Shown here one piece after another: positions 9,431 to 19,540 of a DNA stretch of 64,000 nucleotides. Source of the stretch: a virus (lineage: Duplodnaviria > Heunggongvirae > Uroviricota > Caudoviricetes); IMG/VR virus record IMGVR_UViG_3300028584_001242; one strand, written 5' to 3'. Position numbers and translations under genes: made by a program. The notes under the pieces were generated by a model that did no database searches, was not told the DNA's origin, and saw only the letters and a program-made list of their open reading frames with translations. Within the stretch, counting starts at the first letter, position 1. The number at the start of each line of letters is the position of its first letter.

Positions 9431-9748
9431 TTACAACCGAATCCCAAGAAGATGAGCCGCAATTGTTTTATTAATGACAACCGATGTCGCCAACGACCAG
9501 TGATCACCAAGTTCATTCAGCAACCGGCAAGCATCCGAGGCAGAACCGATACCATTCCAACCCAACAAAGGGAAATCATTGAGTTTTTTGACTTCGTTGT
9601 TTTTCAGCGTTTGAAAAATGGGGCTACGTTCAACCAACGCAACACCCGCTGGAGTCATGAACTGTTCGTAGTATTCGGTAGGAGAGCATTTACCATTGAG
9701 GTATTGGTCACGAGTAAACTGAGAAACTTGATCCTGATTGGTAGTCAT
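9431..9748 (-). CDS. hypothetical protein (paralog of 15732..16046)
   Basis: FTRDQYLNGKCSPTEYYEQF...WSLATSVVINK matches FTRQDYMDDKCTHDQYYAQF...WSLAGAVCINK. Confidence 0.8.
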   Translation of the reverse strand: MTTNQDQVSQFTRDQYLNGKCSPTEYYEQFMTPAGVALVERSPIFQTLKNNEVKKLNDFPLLGWNGIGSASDACRLLNELGDHWSLATSVVINKTIAAHLLGIRL

Positions 9749-9871
9749 GACATAATTCCCTGCTTTCGTTTGGATAGGTCAAGTATATCAAAAAACGCAA
9801 TGGTGATCAACAAAAACAAGAATTTTGACAACAAAAAACCGCCCGAAGGCGGTCTGTTTAATGAGTGTTCG

Positions 9872-10576
9872 TTATTTCATGGCGATCTGAGCTTGTTGGG
9901 CTTGAAACTTAGCCCATTCAGCCTGAATAACAGAATAAGTAACCAGAACAGCTTTTTCATCAGGCGTATCAGAGTAAACAGCACCAGTCAGGATACCCAC
10001 AGCGGAACCATCGCTGGCATAAGCAGGGCCACCAGACATACCACGCAGCGTTACAGTGGATACCAAGTGAACATTGATAGCCTTGTTTTGAATCGTTTTT
10101 ACAGGGGTATTGAGTTCAAAACCTGATTTTTTTTGCACATTGTCATTCTGGTCAATACCAACGAACGTGATTTGTTCAGACAATACAACATCACGCCAGA
10201 CAGGCACGTCACCTGCTGCTTTCCTTTTAATAAACTGAATATCGCAGCCTTCTTGGCATTTGTAGGCCGAGTTGTCTACAAAAGTATTGTGTTTGGCCGT
10301 CACGGCATAATCAGCGTTCCATTGAACAGCACTACCGTAATCATTTACGGCGTCTTTGAATTTTTCGCCATTTTCATAAACAATGGACTCCTTTTTCAAG
10401 CGAAGTGCGATGAAAGGCAATTCTTTGCCGTTGACACTGATGCTTTTACTTTCTGCAACATTGTAGTTCTGCAGACCATTAACAGCCGCTTTAACATCTA
10501 CAGGGGCTTTCACACCGTTTGCCGAGCAACCTACGATCAAAATGGCAAATGCAACGATGGTGGCTTTCTTGAACAT
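9872..10576 (-). CDS. trypsin-like serine protease, lipoprotein
   Basis: IVGC lipobox; catalytic-triad motifs TAKH, DI and GMSGGP. Confidence 0.8.
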   Translation of the reverse strand: MFKKATIVAFAILIVGCSANGVKAPVDVKAAVNGLQNYNVAESKSISVNGKELPFIALRLKKESIVYENGEKFKDAVNDYGSAVQWNADYAVTAKHNTFVDNSAYKCQEGCDIQFIKRKAAGDVPVWRDVVLSEQITFVGIDQNDNVQKKSGFELNTPVKTIQNKAINVHLVSTVTLRGMSGGPAYASDGSAVGILTGAVYSDTPDEKAVLVTYSVIQAEWAKFQAQQAQIAMK

Positions 10577-10717
10577 TGCTTTGTCTCTCTCTATTTGTGT
10601 GTGATGATTATAACAAAACACCATCATCCAAGCAAGTGAGTCTTACCAAAATACAGACAAAAATCGTGGCTATTTTAAAAAATGGAGCCGAAGCCCCATC
10701 TATAAAAACCTTGCTGA

Positions 10718-11779
10718 TTAGTAGGTTATTGTTGAATACGTACCAGAGAAGTGACCTTCTTCGTGTGCAGTCAGGTCATGATCAACGGTGAAGGTTTCTT
10801 TATTGGTGATTGCCACAGTATGTTCAATAGATGCAGGATTAACACCCTTACTGGCACAAAGATCTAAGAACAATTGATGGTCAAGGACAGAATACCACCA
10901 GAGATCAGTACACACGTAACCCAGTTCCGCATAGTCTTTAAACTGTTCGATATCCTCATCGCTTTCTTCATTGAAAGAGCTGAATAGGATTTCATTACCT
11001 TTTTGGAATATATAAGGCATACAGTTACCAATAAAGAAATAGCCCACATTTTGTTCGGCATAAGCTTCTGTTTCTTGAAGACACCCCAGTGTTGAATTAA
11101 TAGACACTTTATATCTATTATCACGTTCAATTTTCAAGAACTTTCTAGGATCATTAAGGAAAACCAACTTACCAGAAGGGGACTTAAGTTCAACCACCAC
11201 ATTCTTTGGAGCGACAGCCATCGGGCAATCAGGTTTTTTAAGTAATGACACAACCTCCATTTTATCGTAATCAATCATCATGGATAAGTACTCATTACAA
11301 GAAGGACAGCTTCGGCTACTTTGGAACTCAATCTTATTCTTGCCATAACTAAACATGAAATAATAATCAACTTTAGTGTTATCACGAATACTCAAAAACG
11401 CCTCAAAGACATCAATCAATAGTTTATATTCAACATCAAAACGAATAATATCTCGATTACAAGAACGAACATTCTCTATAACATAAGCAATAGAACGACC
11501 ATGAAACTCGGAAAAGTGTCCTTGCAGTTGGAAGGAGATAGTTTCAAGATTAATAAAGGTATCAATAAAAGTTTCAATAAGGTCGTTAAACTGAGATGTT
11601 TCACCGATGAAACCGGGATCAGGTGTTTGATTGTGTTCTGGCAAGTAATGAAGGGCATATTCTGATTCGTCATCTTTAGGATCTTTATAGCGTCTACTAG
11701 CCAGTAAAGTATCCATGTTGTTCGTCACAAACTGCTTCAATAAAGCATCATATTTTTCCACCATTGTTATTGCTGACAT
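10718..11779 (-). CDS. hypothetical protein with CxxC (paralog of 13973..15058)
   Basis: Shared CP[S/M]C, SPSGKLVFLNDPR, GYFFIGN and CTxLWWY blocks. Confidence 0.85.
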   Translation of the reverse strand: MSAITMVEKYDALLKQFVTNNMDTLLASRRYKDPKDDESEYALHYLPEHNQTPDPGFIGETSQFNDLIETFIDTFINLETISFQLQGHFSEFHGRSIAYVIENVRSCNRDIIRFDVEYKLLIDVFEAFLSIRDNTKVDYYFMFSYGKNKIEFQSSRSCPSCNEYLSMMIDYDKMEVVSLLKKPDCPMAVAPKNVVVELKSPSGKLVFLNDPRKFLKIERDNRYKVSINSTLGCLQETEAYAEQNVGYFFIGNCMPYIFQKGNEILFSSFNEESDEDIEQFKDYAELGYVCTDLWWYSVLDHQLFLDLCASKGVNPASIEHTVAITNKETFTVDHDLTAHEEGHFSGTYSTITY

Positions 11780-11939
11780 AATGAGTCCTCTAAGATTTCG
11801 GAATTATAAAGGAAATAAAACATAATATCAACATAATTATAATAATATTTAAAAATTAAAATCCTATATAAATGGTAGCCATACGCTATTTTTAATGATA
11901 GAATAGGCCATCATTAATAGAGTGGTGGAGAAAATTTGC

Positions 11940-12827
11940 ATGAAACGAATTAAACTGGGCTTGTTGATGGGTGCAGTACTGATGTCGTCGGTGGCAATGG
12001 CGGCTGATCCAAAAGAAATCTTGCTATCTACAACTGAAACCTATCTCAAACTGCTGGCTCCGCTTGAAACTGTTGAGAATGTGGAGCCATTGCAAGATTA
12101 CGATTACGACAAAAATGTACCCCCTTCATTTGATGTGCTGACTACTAAAGTGGGCAAGAAGGACGAATTGGATGTATTCTTGCCAAAGAAAAGCGTCCAA
12201 TACCTCAATTACTTCCAAGCCAATCAGCCAGACGCAAAAGCCTTTCGTGAAAAATACTATCGCGGATATGGAAATGGTGAAAATTCTTGGGTAAGAAGCC
12301 CTAACCCAAAAGAAGGTCGAATTGATCCATCGACCATTAATAAAATGACGTTTTACAAAAATGGTATTCTGGTCAATATCAATGTTGCCAAAAGCCCCTA
12401 TACTAAATTTAAAGTTGAAGATTTAACATCTGATTATGCTGTTGAATATGAGTATGGAAAAGGAGAGGTATTGAAAGCGGATCTTATCACCACAATCAAA
12501 ATCATTGATGAGGATGATAAAAATAAGTTAACTTATGTATTGGGTGAGTATACGAAGTCCATCAAAGCCAAAGATTATTCTTCTCAAAGTATTTTCGGCT
12601 TATTCGATAAAGTGCCAACTTACGAAAAAGATGATAGTGTTGTCGAAGTAACTTCTGACAAAATGAGTGATTATGCCAGTGCTCTATTTGGTTATCAATA
12701 CTACAATGCAACAATGAGCTTTTACAGTCAAGACACCCACAAGAATTATGAACAAAAGATGAAAGAATTCACAGAACAAGAATACAAGCAAGAGTATCAA
12801 AAATTGGATCGTATTTTGAACAAGTAA
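11940..12827 (+). CDS. secreted protein (paralog of 12946..13842)
   Basis: GGAG RBS then ATG at 11940; Sec signal ending AMA; DY[D/F]DK-VPP and GK-DEL-VF motifs shared. Confidence 0.85.
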   Translation: MKRIKLGLLMGAVLMSSVAMAADPKEILLSTTETYLKLLAPLETVENVEPLQDYDYDKNVPPSFDVLTTKVGKKDELDVFLPKKSVQYLNYFQANQPDAKAFREKYYRGYGNGENSWVRSPNPKEGRIDPSTINKMTFYKNGILVNINVAKSPYTKFKVEDLTSDYAVEYEYGKGEVLKADLITTIKIIDEDDKNKLTYVLGEYTKSIKAKDYSSQSIFGLFDKVPTYEKDDSVVEVTSDKMSDYASALFGYQYYNATMSFYSQDTHKNYEQKMKEFTEQEYKQEYQKLDRILNK

Positions 12828-12945
12828 GAGCAATATCCACAAAAGGCTGTCTTATTGACGGCCTTTTTTTTTAAATAGAAAAAAGATAGACGGTTTTTAA
12901 GATTCATAGTATAATTAACGCATTAATCAAAGTCGGAGATTTACA

Positions 12946-13842
12946 ATGCTGAAACGTAAAATTGTACAAATCGTTGGATGTGTAGGATTGGCAGTAATGG
13001 CAATTTCACCGGCGATGGCTCTCGATTCCAAACGGATTGAAGTCTTGAATGAAATCATGGATATGTCAGCTCCTGACAATGCCAAATTTTCAAACATCTT
13101 AAAGGATTATGATTTTGATAAAGGCGTGCCTCCTACCGTGGAAAATTTGACCAAACAAGTGGGTAAACAGGATGAACTGCAGGTCTTCATCCCTGAAAAC
13201 AGTTCAAAATATTTCTATTATTTTGACATTGACCATCCGATTGCTACTGAATTCCGTAAAAAGTTCTTTTTCGGTATCGGCAACACAGATATTATCCCCA
13301 AGATGACCAGTGATTTGTCGATGGGGCGAGTTGACGCAAAAAGCATTAAGAATATGGACTTTTATAGCAATGGTGTATTGCTGACAATTGATATTAAAGA
13401 CGCTCCTACAACAGTTGTCGAAATTGAACCTCGTGATTCCATATACAGCGTCAAATACACCTATGCTTACGGCAACGTGATGAAAGTAGAACTGATAACA
13501 AAGGTTTCAAACGAAAGCCGCACAGGCGTTGATAAAGAAGCCATGAACTATGTATTGACTTCCTATAAAAAATCGTTAGAAGTCAAAGGCTACACGAACA
13601 AAGGTTTCTTGGGCTGGGTTAGTGAAGAAAACGTGTATAAGAAAGACAACACTGTCATTGCAGTAAATGACAATGGGAAAGACCTGCCAGCAAGCTACAT
13701 TGGCTACCTCATTCCAGCTCTTGCTGTGATGACCATATACGACAAGAACATTTATGAGAACTATGCCAATATGGAAGTTGAGATTAAGAATAAGGAAATG
13801 GCAACAACTTACAAACGACTGGATCGGATTCTTAATAACTAA
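12946..13842 (+). CDS. secreted protein (paralog of 11940..12827)
   Basis: Signal peptide ending AMA; C-terminal Y-[K/R]LDRILN shared. Confidence 0.85.
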   Translation: MLKRKIVQIVGCVGLAVMAISPAMALDSKRIEVLNEIMDMSAPDNAKFSNILKDYDFDKGVPPTVENLTKQVGKQDELQVFIPENSSKYFYYFDIDHPIATEFRKKFFFGIGNTDIIPKMTSDLSMGRVDAKSIKNMDFYSNGVLLTIDIKDAPTTVVEIEPRDSIYSVKYTYAYGNVMKVELITKVSNESRTGVDKEAMNYVLTSYKKSLEVKGYTNKGFLGWVSEENVYKKDNTVIAVNDNGKDLPASYIGYLIPALAVMTIYDKNIYENYANMEVEIKNKEMATTYKRLDRILNN

Positions 13843-13972
13843 TAGACATCCAACAAAGAAAGGTTGCTTAACTAGCAGCCTTTTTTTTCGTCTTTAATTT
13901 AACAACTAACACACTTTATTATAGACAATAAAAAAGAGCCGAAGCTCTTAGTTATATTAAAGAAATAATTAG

Positions 13973-15058
13973 TTAATAAGTTATTTTAGAATAAACACCA
14001 GTGTGATGTCCTTTTAAATGAGCTGCTAAACTATGACTAACTTTATACTTCAATGCCTTAATAGTCACAACAGTATGTTTAATAGAGTCGGGATTAACTT
14101 CTTGTGCCTCACACAGTTTAAGATAGAGGTCATAATCAAGAACTGTATACCACCAAAGACCTGTGCAGATATCACCTTTGTGTTTATAGCCTTTATACTT
14201 AGCAACTTGTTTATCATCTTCATCATTATAGCAAAGTGTCAGTATTTCACCTTTCTTTTGAATGATGTCAGCAACGGTATTACCAATAAAGAAATAACCA
14301 ATATTATGTTTTGCATGAAATTTAGTTTCTTCGATACACCCTAATGTAGAATTAATAGACGTTTCATATTGATCGGATCTTTCTTCTTTAAAGAATGCTC
14401 TCGGGTCATTAAGAAACACCAACTTACCAGAAGGGCTTTGTAATGTGACTGAAACGCGGGTAGCTGACTTAGGTAGTTTGCAGGGTTTAGCTTCAAGGTG
14501 AGTCACAATAGTATTCGTTTCATAATTAATCATGATAGCAACATACTCATCACACATGGGACAAGATGTGCCTGCTTTTATTTCAATAAGGTTGTCGTCA
14601 TAAGCAAACATACGATAATAGACGGGTCTTTCTAATTGATCACGCTTTTGAATAAATGCCGTAAAAATATCTGACAACAGCATTTTAGAAAAGTGTCTGA
14701 GAAGGTTTTCACGTCGGAAATAGCGTGCCGAATATTTCTGAGCATCTGTGGCACTGTCCATCACATCAACCAATGTTCGACCATTAATAGCAGAGAAATG
14801 ACCATTTAGATCAAAAACAAGACCATCAATTAAAATAAACTTGTCGAAAAAGTCATGCAATAACTGTTCAAATTGTTTTGAATTACCAATATAGTTTGGT
14901 TCTGGAGATTCATTGGGGTCTGGCATATAGTTCAAACCGCCGTCTCGATCATTAGAAAAAAGATTACGATATTTTTTACCAGTAGAAAGGGTATCCCAGT
15001 TATCAGATACAAATTTTTGAACAAATGTATCAAATTCTTGTTGTTTATTAATGGTCAT
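13973..15058 (-). CDS. hypothetical protein with CxxC (paralog of 10718..11779)
   Basis: Full-length alignment by eye; upstream promoter region also duplicated. Confidence 0.85.
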   Translation of the reverse strand: MTINKQQEFDTFVQKFVSDNWDTLSTGKKYRNLFSNDRDGGLNYMPDPNESPEPNYIGNSKQFEQLLHDFFDKFILIDGLVFDLNGHFSAINGRTLVDVMDSATDAQKYSARYFRRENLLRHFSKMLLSDIFTAFIQKRDQLERPVYYRMFAYDDNLIEIKAGTSCPMCDEYVAIMINYETNTIVTHLEAKPCKLPKSATRVSVTLQSPSGKLVFLNDPRAFFKEERSDQYETSINSTLGCIEETKFHAKHNIGYFFIGNTVADIIQKKGEILTLCYNDEDDKQVAKYKGYKHKGDICTGLWWYTVLDYDLYLKLCEAQEVNPDSIKHTVVTIKALKYKVSHSLAAHLKGHHTGVYSKITY

Positions 15059-15203
15059 AAATAGCCCTCGAAGATTTCGGGATTATATAACAAACAAGTA
15101 AAAATATCAACAACAATAAACATTAATTTCAAATTATCAAGAATGACAAAAAGAAGTACAAAAAAAAGGGCCGAAGCCCTTGGTTATATGGTCGATTTAA
15201 GCA

Positions 15204-15389
15204 TTAAACAGTTTTTGGAAGGTTCTGACTTTTACGCCACGCTTTCACGTTAGCACGAAAAGCGGGATTTTTAGTGGTCGAAAACAAATGAAGAACTAAC
15301 GACTTCAGTTGTTCAGCATCAAGATCAGCCACCAAATCATCCAGTGGGCCGGTTGAAACTACGGATGTTTCTGAATGTTGAGTTGTCAT
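15204..15389 (-). CDS. small hypothetical protein
   Basis: 61 aa; own promoter and cUUCGg terminator (15160-15181). Confidence 0.65.
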   Translation of the reverse strand: MTTQHSETSVVSTGPLDDLVADLDAEQLKSLVLHLFSTTKNPAFRANVKAWRKSQNLPKTV

Positions 15390-15468
15390 TTTAAATTGCT
15401 CACTGATAAAGATGGCCTATTATAGCATGGACATCTAAGAAAAAGAATACATTCTTTGTCTTTTTGAT

Positions 15469-15630
15469 CTATCGAGACAGTTTTTCAATGAGTGAGATGA
15501 AAAAGAAAGCGGTCGAACGTTGCTTGACAGTGGCAACTTCTTTCCAAGTTAACCCTGCAGCGTTTTCGATTTTTTGAGAAATGGAGTAGTGTTTAGGGGC
15601 TTTACTGAACTCTGTGATGACAAAACTCAT
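15469..15630 (-). CDS. small hypothetical protein (53 aa)
   Basis: Hand translation starting MSFVITEFSKAPKHYSIS; GGTGA RBS; TTGCCT/TATAAT promoter upstream. Confidence 0.55.
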   Translation of the reverse strand: MSFVITEFSKAPKHYSISQKIENAAGLTWKEVATVKQRSTAFFFISLIEKLSR

Positions 15631-15731
15631 GATGTTCACCATTTCGTTTGTGTTGACCCATTATAACGCACTACGATATTTAAGGCAACAAAAAAGGGCC
15701 GAAGCCCTTAGTGTTTGTGTGTATGTGCTTG

Positions 15732-16046
15732 TTATGCCGCTTCAAGCAATTGGCGAGCGATTGCTTTATTGATGCAGACAGCACCAGCCAAAGACCAATT
15801 ATCACCCAGAGTTTTCATCAGGTTTACAGCTTCACCAGCGGTACCGATGAGATCCCATTCTGCTACCGGAGCCGTCGAAAGATCTTTGGACCCAGATTTC
15901 AAGACACATTTGAAGGCTTTACTCTTTTTAACCATCTCGATACCAGCCGCATTGATGAACTGAGCATAGTATTGGTCATGGGTGCATTTGTCATCCATGT
16001 AATCCTGACGGGTGAACAGAGCGGTTTGAGTGTTGGTCTGGATCAT
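15732..16046 (-). CDS. hypothetical protein (paralog of 9431..9748)
   Basis: Start MIQTNTQ; see paralog. Confidence 0.8.
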   Translation of the reverse strand: MIQTNTQTALFTRQDYMDDKCTHDQYYAQFINAAGIEMVKKSKAFKCVLKSGSKDLSTAPVAEWDLIGTAGEAVNLMKTLGDNWSLAGAVCINKAIARQLLEAA

Positions 16047-16173
16047 TGTGTCGCTTCCTGTGTTTTGTTTCGATGGGGTAATTATAATGAAAAACAGATT
16101 TATGAGCAAGTGTTATTTTAAAAGAATGAAAAAAGCCTCCGAAGAGGCTCTTTATCTGAATAATGTTGCGTGG

Positions 16174-16731
16174 TTACTTCAATTCGACAAGCTCAATGTA
16201 TCGAGCTGGAACGTTATCAGTCAACCAGACATCGTTTTCAGAACAGTAGAACAAGAAGCCATCTTTGTGCATTTGAGCGGCGTTCACTTGAAGCATAGCG
16301 ACCTTGCCGTGACGACTGCCGACATTGATAGCGGTTTCAATGCTGAGCGACAGATGGACATGGTGACGGTTCATCTTTTTCAGACCTTCGGCCCTGATAA
16401 CATCAACAAAAGCCACTGTGGTGCCGTGGAACAGCGATTTTGGCGGTTCTTTCGGTTCGAACGTAATATCTACGCTTTCACTGGAATGGCCTTGGCTGGC
16501 ACGGATAGACAAGCCATCAGCCGAGTAGGCGAAACGTTTCTTGTTGTTGTTTTCGACAATGAAGGCGAGTTCTTCGGCGGTGATAGCCTGTTTAGCCTTT
16601 ACAGATGCTGCCAGCAGATCAGACACCAACACCCAGCCTTCTTTATCAATAGGCACGCCAGCATCTACTGCACCATGTCGCAATATGTAGGAGACATATT
16701 TGCTTTTTTGGATTACTGCTTTGTTCAACAT
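16174..16731 (-). CDS. kptA: RNA 2'-phosphotransferase, KptA/Tpt1 family
   Basis: SYILRHG, KKRF, IRASQGHS, LFHGT and RHHVHLS motifs. Confidence 0.93.
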   Translation of the reverse strand: MLNKAVIQKSKYVSYILRHGAVDAGVPIDKEGWVLVSDLLAASVKAKQAITAEELAFIVENNNKKRFAYSADGLSIRASQGHSSESVDITFEPKEPPKSLFHGTTVAFVDVIRAEGLKKMNRHHVHLSLSIETAINVGSRHGKVAMLQVNAAQMHKDGFLFYCSENDVWLTDNVPARYIELVELK

Positions 16732-16832
16732 TTTGAAATCCTCTTTTCTAATTCGTGAATAATAACACACACACGAAAATTAAACAATGTGTTTTTTAAT
16801 GAACATAAAAAAGCCTCCGAAGAGGCTAAATA

Positions 16833-17432
16833 TTAATGAGACAGAAGGATTTTCAAAGCTCTAAAATCCACTTCGATTTGATTTGATAGAATTTTCAAAA
16901 CAACTGGAAGTTTTTCCATATTAAGTGCAAAAGCATATTCATAATAACCAGCCTCAGCAAGTTTACCATTAAATGCATCAATATTATTTTGATTTGCACA
17001 ATCACCTTGAAGAATGAACAAGACAGGTTCTTTCAAAAAAGTGTAACGTTTTGCGGTTTTAAGCCAATCAGTTGTATTGATAGATTGAGTGTTTTTAACA
17101 TCAACATATATGATGTTTTGTGATTTACCATGAGTAAAATATCCATCAGGAACATTGTATCCGATTCCTTTTTTTTCCTGACCTTCTGGATAAAGTCTAA
17201 GTTGCGGTTTGTTAATGTCTCGATATATCCCATTATTAGCGGTATAAATAAAATTAAAAGTATTCTCCAAATTATAAAAACTTACATAAAAATTTAACTC
17301 ACCTACACTACCTATCTCATTGGAAGTCACTGCAGGTACAATCTTTCGAATATAAGCACCGAAAGCAATATTAAAAGGATCTTTGTAGTTATTCGATTTC
17401 ATATTTTGAACTTGAACAGATACATTAGCCAT
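16833..17432 (-). CDS. putative PD-(D/E)XK nuclease-fold protein
   Basis: Start MANVSVQ; VPDG...IYVDVK motif; very AT-rich gene. Confidence 0.45.
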   Translation of the reverse strand: MANVSVQVQNMKSNNYKDPFNIAFGAYIRKIVPAVTSNEIGSVGELNFYVSFYNLENTFNFIYTANNGIYRDINKPQLRLYPEGQEKKGIGYNVPDGYFTHGKSQNIIYVDVKNTQSINTTDWLKTAKRYTFLKEPVLFILQGDCANQNNIDAFNGKLAEAGYYEYAFALNMEKLPVVLKILSNQIEVDFRALKILLSH

Positions 17433-17580
17433 ATATAAATAGACCTTACTATAAGTGAGTTGTCGTTTAACGGGTGTATTTTTAGCCGGTCTGGCTGCTT
17501 GCCCCATGCCGAGAAGTATACCGAAGTTGCCCCCTTAGTGCAAGCGTTAGTTGCTCGAAAGTGCAAAAAAGTTGCTCGGG

Positions 17581-18016
17581 TATATGTTTCTTTTATATTT
17601 GTTTTACATTCATTCTATATTAAGAAAAAACAATTCTTTCTATTAATTGATTAAACAAAACATAAAGAAAACAATTAAAGAATGTATTCATCAATGAATA
17701 GATCATTAATAGAATGCTAATCAAATATAAAAGAAATCATTAAATGAATAAAGATAACTATAATAGAAAACAATACATTCAATTAAAGAAACATTTATCA
17801 ATAAACCTTTCAAACAAATGAATCATTAACATAACCTAAGCAAATCAATCATTGCTTTCATTGCTTTCTTTACCTCATTAACAAATGAATTCATGATTAA
17901 TCATTCATAACTCTATTCATAACCTTTTTGAAAACATAAATACTTTAACAAAGGGTTATCAAAAGAAAGATTTATCTATTAATAATGTTTTCAATTAACA
18001 AATGAATAGAAAATCA
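17581..18016. other. long AT-rich non-coding region with dispersed AATGAAT repeats and palindromes
   Basis: No credible ORF; ACAAATGAAT at ~17814, 17881 and ~17998; TATTCAT/ATGAATA palindrome at ~17685-17700. Confidence 0.6.
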
Positions 18017-18065
18017 GATTGATGATTGATGATTGATGATTGATGATTGATGATTGATGATTGAT
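18017..18065. repeat. heptanucleotide tandem repeat (GATTGAT)x7
   Basis: Seven perfect units counted directly. Confidence 0.95.
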
Positions 18066-18141
18066 GATGAACCATATTAATAAAATGAAGGCATAAAAAA
18101 ACCCAACACTAGGTTGGGCTATTTATTGAAGGTCGTGAATA

Positions 18142-18492
18142 TCATTCGTTAAGCAAATATTTAGCTTTATAACGAAGATCGTCAATTTCATCCAACAACT
18201 CTTTTTCGACTTCTGGATAATCGGCTTTCAGTTCGTGGAACTCATAGGTATTCATGAAGCGTTCAATTCGCTCAATTCGGTGGACAATTTTTTTGATCTT
18301 GTAGAGTCTTTTTTCATGGATATCTAAAAGTCGAATATTTTTACTGATTCGATCAACTGTCTTGTTCATGGTATCAAACTGAGCACGGACAGGGGCATAG
18401 CTGCGACCTTTCGGCAAATATCCCTGTGCGGGTTCTGGATTATTGACACCCAACAAACGAGCAACGAAACCACCAAAGGCTAGAAAACTCAT
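18142..18492 (-). CDS. hypothetical protein
   Basis: 116 aa; C-terminal YPE...LxDExD resembles the neighbouring gene. Confidence 0.75.
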   Translation of the reverse strand: MSFLAFGGFVARLLGVNNPEPAQGYLPKGRSYAPVRAQFDTMNKTVDRISKNIRLLDIHEKRLYKIKKIVHRIERIERFMNTYEFHELKADYPEVEKELLDEIDDLRYKAKYLLNE

Positions 18493-18523
18493 CAGTTAAA
18501 TCCTCAGTAGAAAAAAGTATGGT

Positions 18524-18862
18524 TTAAATTTTATTGACTTGAGCAATGATGTAATCGAGTTCGTCACGAAGTTTTTGAGCAAATTCTGGATCTTGTCGAG
18601 CCATCTCAGGATATTCAGGCAAGGCCATGATTCCGTTGATGTGGTCGATACTTTCACGAAACGTTTTCAACATGTCGAGTTTAGCATTTTTGATGTAAGT
18701 AATCGAGTCACTAATGCCACTAATAGAATCTCGCATGTCAACAAAACTTTCCTGAACCTGATTCAAATCTTGATGAATTTTAGAATCTTCGACAACAGCA
18801 GTCACCTTCTTTTTAAAAAAGATGGTTTTGAAAAAGGCTGTCACTGTCTCTTTATTCATCAT
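18524..18862 (-). CDS. hypothetical protein
   Basis: 112 aa; possible distant paralog of 18142..18492. Confidence 0.75.
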   Translation of the reverse strand: MMNKETVTAFFKTIFFKKKVTAVVEDSKIHQDLNQVQESFVDMRDSISGISDSITYIKNAKLDMLKTFRESIDHINGIMALPEYPEMARQDPEFAQKLRDELDYIIAQVNKI

Positions 18863-18956
18863 AAATCCCCTTTTTGATGAGGCTATTATAACACTTCATT
18901 AAATAAATGACAATAAAAAACCCAACACTAGGCTGGGTTATTGTAATAAAGTTGAG

Positions 18957-19182
18957 TTACTTCAAGAATTCTTTCAACTGCGAAGCATTGATAACATCGG
19001 TTCCAGTATGCTCGCCATTGACGTAATCAATGGTAAGCGAAACGTTAACGTCACCACTGACTGGGTTTACCGAAATAGCAGTATCAACAACGGTAAAGCT
19101 TTTGCTTGGTGTGACTTCGATTTTTTGATGGAGTTTAAACCTAACCCCCATTCAGAACATCTTTGGCGGATACATTACTCAT
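18957..19182 (-). pseudogene. gene apparently frameshifted in a G5 run
   Basis: AGGAG-ATG(19182) MSNVSAKDVLNGG-stop; removing one G joins it to the 18957..19151 frame. Confidence 0.5.
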
Positions 19183-19201
19183 AGCGAAAACTCCTTAAAA
19201 T

Positions 19202-19507
19202 TCAGATTTCTGGTTCTGGAACGTATTGATCTTGGGTGCCATCACACAAAGCCACCATGCTTTTCTTGGTGAATACAGGGCCAAAATAGGTGTTGTGGAC
19301 AAATTCCGCTGAGTAATACCAAACGCCATTAAGACAGACAGTTGGCATGTATTTTACTTTTCGAAAATAAACTTTTCCCTTATCACTATCAAATGACGAA
19401 TAAGCTTTTTTCTCGGAAGACGGGTCATTACAACCAGAAACCATAGAGAATGCCACAATACAAAAAACAAAAGATAGCATTCGAGAGAAAGAGAAACTAT
19501 TATTCAT
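19202..19507 (-). CDS. putative lipoprotein
   Basis: Hydrophobic N-terminus with VSGC lipobox. Confidence 0.7.
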   Translation of the reverse strand: MNNSFSFSRMLSFVFCIVAFSMVSGCNDPSSEKKAYSSFDSDKGKVYFRKVKYMPTVCLNGVWYYSAEFVHNTYFGPVFTKKSMVALCDGTQDQYVPEPEI

Positions 19508-19540
19508 GGTGAGTGCTCCACAAAAAGGGTGAAGCCGCTA

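Noticed and set aside
18017-18065. CRISPR array
   Set aside because: It is a spacerless 7-nt microsatellite. I saw no 23-50 nt repeats with unique spacers and no cas genes anywhere in the window.
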